Assembly (NCBI GenBank): GCA_035352355.1
Contig: DAOPXM010000009.1
Location: forward strand, 39,957-103,956
Direction of reading: 5' to 3'
DNA length: 64,000 nucleotides
DNA from: Deltaproteobacteria bacterium
GTDB taxonomy: Bacteria; Desulfobacterota; Desulfomonilia; UBA1062
Shown here: positions 35,876 through 43,940 of the stretch, one piece after another
Layout of the letters: each line of letters begins with the position of its first letter
Numbering within the stretch: the first letter of the stretch is position 1
Made by a program: the position numbers and the translations under genes
The notes under the pieces: generated by a model
Told to the model about the DNA's origin: nothing
The model's database searches: none
Seen by the model: the letters and a program-made list of their open reading frames with translations, nothing else

Positions 35876-37101
35876 ACACGACGCCGGTGGCAAACAGGCT
35901 GCACATAGGGATTTTCGGGAAACGCAACGTGGGCAAGTCCTCGTTCATCAATGCCATCACGGGCCAGAGGCTCTCCATCGTGTCCGACGTGCCCGGCACC
36001 ACCACGGACCCGGTGGGCAAGGCCATGGAGATCGCAGGCATCGGACCCGTGTACCTCTACGACACGGCCGGCCTCGACGACACCGGCGACCTGGGCAGGA
36101 TGAGGACCGAGAGGACCAGGGACATCATCGAGAAGATCAACCTCGGCGTCCTCGTGACCACCCAGCCGGAGTTCGACGACTTCGACGAGGGGCTCCTCAG
36201 GGAGCTTGCCGACAGGAAGGTGCCCGTCATCCTGGTGTTCAACAAGGCAGACCTCTACCCCCTCGCCGGGGAGGCGGTGAAAAAGGCCGGTGAGCTGGGG
36301 GTGACGCACCTTCACGTGAGCAGCACCACGGGCGAGAACATCGAGGATGCCCGCAAGGCGATCGCCCGCATCGGGAGCGGCATCACGGTGGAGAGGGATA
36401 CCATCCTGGGCGACATCATAAACCACGGGGACATCGTCTGCCTTGTGGTGCCCATCGACCTGGGTGCTCCCAGGGGCAGGCTCATCCTGCCGCAGGTTCA
36501 GGTCATTCGGGACATCCTCGACAACGACGCCATCGCGATCACCGTCAAGGAGCGGGAGATCGAGTACGTGCTGAAGCGCATGAGCGAAAAGCCGGCCCTC
36601 GTCATCTGCGATTCCCAGGTGGTGCTCAAGGTCTCGGGCGACATCCCGCCCGATGTGAAGTTCACCACCTTTTCGATCCTGTTCTCCCGCCAGAAGGGAG
36701 AGCTTGCCACCTTCGTGAAGGGCGTGCGGGCCATCGACACCCTCGAGGACGGCGACCGGGTGCTCGTCATGGAGGCCTGCACCCACCACCCGCTGCCCGA
36801 CGACATCGGCAGGGTCAAGATCCCGCGCTGGATCAGGAACTACACGGGCAGGGACATCGCCTTCGACACCAACGCGGGGCCGTTTCGGGACAAGGACATG
36901 TCGAAGTACAAGCTCATCGTGCACTGCGGTGCCTGCATGATCAACCGCGCCGAGATGATGAGCAGGCTCGCCGAGGCCGAAAGAAGGGGCGTGCCCGTCA
37001 CCAACTACGGGATCGCCATCTCGTATGTGCACGGTGTGCTGAAAAGGGCCTTGTCTCCGTTTCCCTACGAAAAAAGCCTCCTGGAAGACCCCCTCAGTTG
37101 A
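35872..37101 (+). CDS. hydF: [FeFe]-hydrogenase maturation GTPase HydF
   Basis: P-loop GKRNVGKSSFIN, DTAG and NKAD. C-terminal cluster motif EACTHHP...HCGACM. Confidence 0.95.
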   Translation: MNTTPVANRLHIGIFGKRNVGKSSFINAITGQRLSIVSDVPGTTTDPVGKAMEIAGIGPVYLYDTAGLDDTGDLGRMRTERTRDIIEKINLGVLVTTQPEFDDFDEGLLRELADRKVPVILVFNKADLYPLAGEAVKKAGELGVTHLHVSSTTGENIEDARKAIARIGSGITVERDTILGDIINHGDIVCLVVPIDLGAPRGRLILPQVQVIRDILDNDAIAITVKEREIEYVLKRMSEKPALVICDSQVVLKVSGDIPPDVKFTTFSILFSRQKGELATFVKGVRAIDTLEDGDRVLVMEACTHHPLPDDIGRVKIPRWIRNYTGRDIAFDTNAGPFRDKDMSKYKLIVHCGACMINRAEMMSRLAEAERRGVPVTNYGIAISYVHGVLKRALSPFPYEKSLLEDPLS

Positions 37102-37193
37102 CCCTGCACCTGCTGCCGCAAACGGCATGCAGCTCAAAGCCGCCGGGATCCCTCTTTTAAGTGATCTGTCTGCCGGATAAGCAAAGTGCTGCC
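37098..37193 (+). repeat. intergenic repeat family, copy B (starts on the hydF stop codon)
   Basis: TTGACCCTGCACCTGCTGCCGCAAACGGCATGCAGC... matches copy C at 32/36 of the first positions. Later shared blocks are CCGGGAxCCC, TTT..GTGA and TGCCGGAT. Confidence 0.6.
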
Positions 37194-37458
37194 TGCAGGC
37201 TCTCAGCAGCGCAGAGCCCTTCCTACAGGGCTTTGCGGCATATGAGAAATGTTTATTAAGAATTACAAAGCATATTTTAATGTGCTTGTGATTTGAATTC
37301 AGACGCGATATGGTCTGAATATCGATTATACTGATCATACTGAACAGAGGCAGCCGGGGAGAGCGGGCACTCAGTCAAACGCGTTGAGACTCTCCCACAA
37401 TGCCCGGAAGAGAAAACCAAAACGTAGCTAACGTACACAAAATAAAACGGGGGAATCC

Positions 37459-40146
37459 ATGGCGATCACGATTGACGGCAAGGTGTGTGAATTCAGGCCC
37501 GGGCAGACGGTCTACGAGGTGGCGAAGGAGAACGGGATCCACATCCCCGTGCTCTGCCACCACGAGCAGATCCAGCCCGTTGGTGCGTGCAGGGTATGTC
37601 TCGTCGAGGTGGAGGGGGCACGGTCGCTCGTAGCGTCCTGTGCCATGCCCGCTGAGAACAATATGGTGGTCCACACCGGCACGGACCGGGTCATGGCCGC
37701 CCGCAAGCTCTCGGTGGAGCTGCTCCTGACCCAGGGACACCACAACTGCATCACCTGCGAGAGCAGCGGGGACTGCGTCCTGCAGGACCTGGTCTACTCG
37801 CTGGGCATCGAGGAGCCGCGCTTCAGCGCACCCGACAAGTACCTGGAGCTCGAGCAGGGCAACGAAATGATCATCCGCGACATGAACAAGTGCGTGCTGT
37901 GCGGGCTGTGCGTGAGGGCGTGCAACGAGGTGCAGGTCAACCAGGTCCTCGACTACGGCGGAAGAGGCCCCACGGCCACCGTGGGTCCGGCCTTCGGCAA
38001 CACCTATGAGAACTCCGAGTGCGTGTTCTGCGGCGAATGCGTCCGGGTCTGCCCTGTGGGCGCCCTGATCGAGAAGCAGGGCCGGTTCAAGGGCAGGACG
38101 GGCGACCTCCAGAAGGTCAGAACCACCTGCGGCTACTGCGGCGTGGGCTGCCAGATGGACATCAACGTGCGCGACGGCAAGATCGTGAAGGTGACCACGC
38201 CCCGGGAAGGCGCCCCTGCGCCGAACCATGGCAGCCTCTGCATCAAGGGCCGGTTCGGGTACGACTTCATCGGGCATCCTGAGAGGCTGAAGAGCCCCAT
38301 GATCAGGAAAGACGGCGAGCTGAAAGAGGCGAGCTGGGAAGAGGCCATCACGTACGTGGCTGACAGGCTTGCCGCCATCAGGAAGAAACACGGGCCCGAC
38401 GCCATCGCCGGCCTCGCATCGGCCCGGTGCACGAACGAAGAAAACTACCTGTTCCAGAAGTTCCTGCGTGCGGTGATCGGGACCAACAACGTCGATCACT
38501 GCGCCCGACTCTGACACTCCTCCACCGTGGCCGGTCTGGCCACAGCATTCGGTTCCGGCGCCATGACGAACTCCATCGCAGACCTCGAAGAGGCCGACTG
38601 CTTCCTCATCACCGGCACCAACACCACGGAGAACCACCCGGTGATCGCCACCTTCATCAAGCGCGCCGTGACCCAGCGGGGCGCCAAGCTCATCCTGGCG
38701 GATCCCCGGAACATCGACCTGGCGCGGTTCGCGACCGTCTGGCTCCGCCAGAAGCCGGGCACGGACATCGCCTGGATCAACGGCCTCATGAACGTGATCA
38801 TCTCCGAGGGGCTCCTGAACGAGACCTTCATCGCTGAGCGCACCGAGAACTTCGAGGCGGTCAAAGAGGCGGTGAAGAAGTACACTCCCGAGTACGTGGA
38901 GGGGATCGCCGGCATCCCGGCCGAGGACCTCAGGAAGGCGGCACGGCTCTACGCCACGTCGCAGGCCAGCGCCATCGTGTACGCCATGGGCATCACCCAG
39001 CACGTCACGGGTACGGACAACGTGAAGTCCCTGGCCAACCTGGCCATGCTCACGGGCCAGATCGGCAGGCCCGGCACGGGCGTCAACCCCTTGAGAGGGC
39101 AGAACAACGTGCAGGGTGCCTGCGACATGGGCTGCCTGCCCGGGACCCTGCCCGCCTACAAGAAGGTGGTTGAGGCGGCCGAGCGCGGCCCCTTCGAACA
39201 GGCCTGGGGTACCGCTCTACCCGACAAGGTGGGGCTCACCATCCCGAAGATCCTGGATGGTGCCGGCAAAGGCACCGTGAAGGCCCTCCTGGTCATGGGC
39301 GAGAACCCCATGATGTCGGACCCTGATCTCGATCACGTCAAGCACAACCTAGGCAAGCTCGACCTCCTCGTGGTGCAGGACATCTTCCCCACCGAGACGA
39401 GCGAGCTCGCCCACGTGGTTCTTCCGAGCGCCGCCTGGGCGGAGAAGGACGGCACCTTCTCAAACACCGAGCGCCGCGTCCAGAGGGTGCGCAAGGCAGT
39501 GGAAGCCCCCGGCGAGGCGCTCGAGGACTGGCGGATTCTCACCATGCTGGCGAACAGGCTCGGGTCTGGCTGGAGCTACGGGTCGGCCCGTGAGATCGCG
39601 GACGAAATCAGCAGGGTGACGCCGTCGTATGCCGGCATCACCTACGACCGCATCGAGCACGTGGGCCTGCAGTGGCCCTGCCTCAACAAGGACCATCCGG
39701 GCACGCCCATCCTCCACGGCGCGGCGTTTACCCGAGGCAAGGGCCTGTTCTCGGTGTGCGAGCACATCCCGCCCGCCGAGGAGCCGGATGCGGACTACCC
39801 GTACGTGCTCACTACGGGCAGGATCCTCTACCAGTACCACACCGCCACCATGAGCAGGCGCTCCAAAGGCCTGGTGTCCCGGACCCCGGAGGCGTTCATC
39901 GAGCTCAACCCTGATGACGCGCAGTCCCTGGGAATCGGCCATGGCGATTCCGTGGAGGTCTCTTCCAGGAGGGGCTCCATCACGGTCGCTGCCGAAGTAT
40001 CGAACCGGTGCGACAAAGGGGTGGTGTTCATACCCTTCCACTACAGCGAGGCAGCGGTGAACAGGCTCACCATCACTGCCATCGACCCGGTGGCGAACAT
40101 ACCCGAGTACAAGGTGTGCGCCGTCAGCTTGAAGAAAGCCTCATAA
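37459..40146 (+). CDS. fdhA: selenocysteine-containing formate dehydrogenase alpha subunit (NuoG-like N-terminus plus Mo/W-bisPGD domain)
   Basis: Two track ORFs (37459-38514 and 38527-40146) are in the same frame, separated only by the TGA at 38512-14 in the conserved context NVDHCARL-U-HSSTVAGL. N-terminal 2Fe-2S, His-cluster and 2x[4Fe-4S]. CGYCGVGCQM MopB cluster; 895 codons. Confidence 0.9.
38527..38543 (+). promoter_or_regulatory. SECIS-like hairpin 12 nt downstream of the UGA
   Basis: GTGGCC-GGTCT-GGCCAC forms a 6-bp perfect stem. The GGUCU apical loop resembles the GGUC loop of the E. coli fdhF SECIS. Confidence 0.6.
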
Positions 40147-40164
40147 GGACGAACGTGCGGGGGG

Positions 40165-40228
40165 TCCGTCAATCGGGCTCCCCGCCCCGTTTGCATGGAG
40201 CTCCATGCCCGGGCGGCCTGGAGATCAG
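40165..40228 (+). repeat. intergenic repeat family, degenerate copy D (just downstream of fdhA)
   Basis: GCCCCGTTTGCATGGAGCTCCATGCCCGGGCGG...GATCAG parallels GCCGCGAACGGCATGCAGCCCCATGCCGGGGA...GATCAG of copy C. It contains a perfect 16-nt palindrome GCATGGAGCTCCATGC (40193-40208). Confidence 0.35.
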
Positions 40229-40543
40229 TACCTCAGAGCCCTGCACCCCTGATGACGCCCCTCCAGCCTGTCGAATATCGGTGCAGGCGAATATGTTTCC
40301 AGCAGTGTGAAGGCTTCAGCCCACGGGAAGAGATAAATGTTCGAGTCTGTTCATCTAATTGACATTCATGCTGCCCTTGTGGTACGCCTACTACTGGTAA
40401 ACATTGAAAAGTTCATCGTCATCGCCGGGGAGCAGGAGGGGGCTTCTCCAGGGCTTACGGCGGGCATTGTGGAGATGCAAAAGGCTTCATAACCTTTTGA
40501 TCAATACTTACGAAAAAGAAATCATCGAGGAGGGAGTTTTTTT

Positions 40544-41821
40544 ATGAGCAATGAAAACCTGGAAAGCAAACGCTGGGGCATAGCCATGGCAGCTGTCGTC
40601 ATGCAGCTGTGCCTTGGCACGGTGTACGCATGGTCGGTCTTCAAGAAGCCACTCATGGCGAACCATCCATGGGGCGAGACGCAGATACAGATCACCTTCA
40701 TGATCTTCATGTTCTGCATCGGCACCGCCGCTGCGTTCGGCGGGACCCTCGTGGACAAGAAGGGCCCGAAGTTCGTGGCCACGATCGGAGGCGTCCTCTT
40801 CGGCCTGAGCACCCTGCTTGCCGGGTATGCAGACCAGATCGGCAGCCTGACGCTCCTGTACCTGTCCTGGGGCCTCATCGGCGGCATCGGCAACGGCTTC
40901 TGCTACGTGACCCCCATCGCGACCCTGATCCGCTGGTTCCCTGACAAGAGGGGCCTGGTGACGGGTCTGGCGGTCATGGGCTTCGGCCTCGGCGCGTTCT
41001 TCATGGGCAAGATCGCTCCTGCCATGATCACGTCCTTCGCAGGCGGCTTGACCGCCTCGGGTGTGGCCCAGACCTGGTACATCTGGGGAGTCATCTTCCT
41101 GGTCCTGGTGGTCGGCTCTGCGCTTCTCTTCAAGAATCCCCCCGCCGGCTGGCTGCCTGCCGGGTTCAACCCCGCCGCCGGCGGCGGGGTGTCCGCAGCC
41201 AATTCGCTCACCTTCGGCGAGGCGGTGAAGACGCCCCAGTGGTGGATGCTCTGGGCCATGCTCTTCCTGAACGTGTCCGCGGGCCTCGGCCTCATCTCCC
41301 AGCTCTCTCCCCTGGCGCAGGAGTTCTACAAGTCTCTGGTCACCGATGCTGCAGTGCTCAATGACCCGGACACCCTGACCAAGGTCCTCGCTGCCGCTGG
41401 CGGCACCGTGGTCTCGATCTCGGCCATCTTCAACGGCCTCGGTCGTCTCTTCTGGGCACGAGTGTCAGACACCATCGGCCGGAAGGCTGTGTTCGTCACC
41501 ATGTTCGCCTCCCAGGCGGTCATCTACATCCTCGTGGCCATGGGCATCATCTCCGGCTACTGGCTCTTCCTCGTGGCGTCCTGCTACCTGCTCGCATGCT
41601 ACGGCGGCGGCTTCGCCACCATGCCCGCCTTCGCGGCAGACAGCTTCGGGCCCGGCTACATCGGCAAGGTGTACGGCTTCATGCTGACCGCATGGTCGGC
41701 TGCAGGCCTACTGGGCCCCTACGTCTTCGCGACGTTCAAGGACCAGGCCCTCATGATCGCAGCGGCTCTGCTCATCGCGGGTCTTATCATCACCCTGGCA
41801 TTCAAGAAACGCGAGGCTTAA
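40544..41821 (+). CDS. MFS transporter, oxalate/formate antiporter (OFA) family
   Basis: About 12 hydrophobic segments. N-terminal MQLCLGTVYAWSVF is typical of OFA-family members from memory. GGAGGGAG RBS. Confidence 0.8.
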   Translation: MSNENLESKRWGIAMAAVVMQLCLGTVYAWSVFKKPLMANHPWGETQIQITFMIFMFCIGTAAAFGGTLVDKKGPKFVATIGGVLFGLSTLLAGYADQIGSLTLLYLSWGLIGGIGNGFCYVTPIATLIRWFPDKRGLVTGLAVMGFGLGAFFMGKIAPAMITSFAGGLTASGVAQTWYIWGVIFLVLVVGSALLFKNPPAGWLPAGFNPAAGGGVSAANSLTFGEAVKTPQWWMLWAMLFLNVSAGLGLISQLSPLAQEFYKSLVTDAAVLNDPDTLTKVLAAAGGTVVSISAIFNGLGRLFWARVSDTIGRKAVFVTMFASQAVIYILVAMGIISGYWLFLVASCYLLACYGGGFATMPAFAADSFGPGYIGKVYGFMLTAWSAAGLLGPYVFATFKDQALMIAAALLIAGLIITLAFKKREA

Positions 41822-41874
41822 GCATCGCGGGGCTCAAAGCCCCTGTGTCGATGCGAGCCTTTTTCAGAATCACC

Positions 41875-41904
41875 GGGAGGCAGGAGGGATCCTGCCTCCC
41901 TTTT
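41875..41904 (+). terminator. rho-independent terminator after the MFS transporter gene
   Basis: 11-bp stem GGGAGGCAGGA/TCCTGCCTCCC with a 4-nt loop, followed by TTTT. Confidence 0.65.
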
Positions 41905-41968
41905 CATGTGCCGTCAGGCGCGGCCGCAGGGTCTTTTCGTTGACACGTCCGGGCCCTTGTGTTAACCC

Positions 41969-42370
41969 TTGAAAAGTGAGGTGAGATTGAGGCTTTCAGA
42001 GATCAGGGACCTATTGGACGCCAAGGTGATCACGGGTGAGGACAAGCTCGACCTGGACATCACCACGGCGTTCGGCGCTGACCTGATGAGCGACGTGCTG
42101 GCATTTGCCAGGTCCGGATGCCTGCTCATCACCGGCCTCTCGAACCCGCAGTCGGTGCGGACCGCCTATGCGCTGGACATCGCGGCCATCCTGGTGTGCA
42201 GGGGCAAACCGCTCGCCGACAAGTTCATCGAGATCGCCCGTGAGCTCAGCATCCCCATCCTGTGGACCAGACTGATCATGTTCGAGGTATGCGGCAGGCT
42301 CTACCAGGAAGGACTGACCGGCTGCATCTGCCAGGCGAGCGGGACAGAGGAAAAGCACCTTGCCAAGTGA
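41969..42370 (+). CDS. DRTGG-domain protein
   Basis: LSEIRDLLDAKVITGE...FGADLMSDVLAF...LLITGLSNPQSVRTA...ILVCRGK. Non-ATG start (TTG at 41969; GTG/TTG alternatives lie within 20 nt). Confidence 0.75.
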   Translation: MKSEVRLRLSEIRDLLDAKVITGEDKLDLDITTAFGADLMSDVLAFARSGCLLITGLSNPQSVRTAYALDIAAILVCRGKPLADKFIEIARELSIPILWTRLIMFEVCGRLYQEGLTGCICQASGTEEKHLAK

Positions 42371-42797
42371 CGAATACCTCGAAGGGATCTACTACATCCA
42401 GGGCAGGGACTTCGTCGATGCCGGGGTGGTTTCCAGCGAGATCAAACGCACGCTGAAAGACAAGGGCATACCCGAGAACATCATCCGCAGGGTTGCCATC
42501 ATCGCCTTTGAAGCCGAGGTCAACATCATCTCCTATGCCGACCAGGGAACCATCCAGCTGTTCATCGAGCCGGAAGCCATCACCATCGAGGCCGTGGACA
42601 TCGGGCAGGGGATCCCGGACATTGAGCAGGCCCTGGTGGAGGGGTTCTCCACAGCGGACGACGCCATCCGGGAGATGGGCTTTGGCGCCGGTATGGGCCT
42701 GGCCAACATCAAGAAGTCCTCGGACATTTTCAAGCTCGCCTCGGAGCCGGGCAGTGGGACTCATCTGACGAGCATCATCAAGCTCAATGGACAATAA
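42360..42797 (+). CDS. GHKL-type ATPase, anti-sigma-factor/Ser-Thr-kinase-like (RsbW-like), no H-box
   Basis: FEAEVNII (N-box-like), DIGQGIPD (G1) and GFGAGMGLANI (G2); 145 aa. TTG start with AGAGGA 8 nt upstream; 11-nt overlap with the previous gene. Confidence 0.7.
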   Translation: MPSDEYLEGIYYIQGRDFVDAGVVSSEIKRTLKDKGIPENIIRRVAIIAFEAEVNIISYADQGTIQLFIEPEAITIEAVDIGQGIPDIEQALVEGFSTADDAIREMGFGAGMGLANIKKSSDIFKLASEPGSGTHLTSIIKLNGQ

Positions 42798-42815
42798 AAC
42801 CAAGGAGTAGGGGAA

Positions 42816-43157
42816 ATGACCCTTGAAACCCTTGTGGAACAGCTCAACCTGAAATGCAAATGCTGCTGGGAGAAGCTGAAAACCACCGAGATCAAAGGCG
42901 GCTATGCCGGCGATCTCCTCAGCGACGTCATGGCAAACAGCCAGGAGGGGAACGTCTGGGTGACCAGACAGGTCCATGTGAACATCGTGGCTGTGGCTTC
43001 CCTGAAGGAGCACGCCGGCATCGTCATCGTCCAGGGCGCCAACCCTGAGAAGGACACCATCGACCGGGCCACCCGGGAAGGCATTCCCATCATGGTGAGC
43101 GACCTGCCCGAGTTCGAGCTGGTGGGAAGGATCTACCAGCTCATCCAGAACGGGTGA
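42816..43157 (+). CDS. DRTGG-domain protein (second copy, N-terminal CKCC)
   Basis: YAGDLLSDVMAN...VWVTRQVHVNIVAVASL...IVIVQGANPEKDTIDRATREGIPIM. AAGGAG RBS. Confidence 0.75.
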   Translation: MTLETLVEQLNLKCKCCWEKLKTTEIKGGYAGDLLSDVMANSQEGNVWVTRQVHVNIVAVASLKEHAGIVIVQGANPEKDTIDRATREGIPIMVSDLPEFELVGRIYQLIQNG

Positions 43158-43193
43158 GCGCACTTCCTGATCCTTCAGGACAGAGGTGAGAAG

Positions 43194-43940
43194 GTGCCGA
43201 GAGTCTTCCGCTGCAATCTCCACGTGCATACCTGTCTTTCCCCCTGCGGAGATCTGGACATGCACCCGAGCGCCATCGTGGAGCAGGCACTGCGTACGGG
43301 ACTGGACATCATCGCCATCAGCGACCACAACTCCTCGGAAAACGTGGGTTACGTCATCAAGGCCGCGAGCGGCAAGCCGCTCACCGTCATCCCGGGCATG
43401 GAGGTGACCACACGGGAGGAGGTCCACGTCCTTGCCCTCTTCGACGACCTGTCGCGCCTCTACGAGCTCCAGGAAACGGTCTATGCCCAGCTCGAAGGCC
43501 TGAACAACGAGGAGGTCTTCGGGCTGCAGCCCATCGTCACCGAGGAGGGCGACGTGGAGGGCTTCAACGAGCGGCTCCTCATCGGCGCCACGAAGGTATC
43601 CCTGGAGGACCTCGTCGCCCGCATCCACGGGCTGGGCGGGATTGCCATCTCCGCCCACATCGACCGCCCGGCGTTCGGCATCATCGGCCAGCTTGGTTTC
43701 GTGCCCCCCAACGTGCCCTTCGATGCCCTGGAGATCTCCTGGAGGATGGGCATCAAAGGCGGCAGGGAGAGGTTTCCCGAGCTCGCCGGCTATCCCTTCC
43801 TCACCTCGTCGGACGCCCACTTCATCGACGACATGGGCAAGGCGTGCACGGCCATGATGCTTGAAGGGCCGAGCCTTTCGGAGATCCGTATGGCCCTGAG
43901 GCGAGAAGGGGGCAGGCACGTCCTGGAGGACGCATGCTAG
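43194..43940 (+). CDS. PHP-domain phosphoesterase
   Basis: NLHVHTCLSPCGD, AISDHNS, EVHVL, ISAHIDR and SSDAHF give the complete set of PHP metal-ligand motifs. GTG start after AGAGGTGAG. Confidence 0.85.
   Translation: MPRVFRCNLHVHTCLSPCGDLDMHPSAIVEQALRTGLDIIAISDHNSSENVGYVIKAASGKPLTVIPGMEVTTREEVHVLALFDDLSRLYELQETVYAQLEGLNNEEVFGLQPIVTEEGDVEGFNERLLIGATKVSLEDLVARIHGLGGIAISAHIDRPAFGIIGQLGFVPPNVPFDALEISWRMGIKGGRERFPELAGYPFLTSSDAHFIDDMGKACTAMMLEGPSLSEIRMALRREGGRHVLEDAC

Noticed and set aside
38512-38514. Stop codon splitting the formate dehydrogenase into two ORFs (possible pseudogene or two-subunit split).
   Set aside because: Both parts are in the same frame and the TGA falls exactly at the conserved Sec/Cys active-site position. 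A SECIS-like hairpin follows 12 nt later. I interpret it as selenocysteine.
40325-40345. tRNA-like T-loop sequence GTTCGAGTC in the fdhA-MFS spacer.
   Set aside because: The flanking bases cannot form a T-stem, and no acceptor or anticodon arms can be drawn, so it is an isolated chance match.
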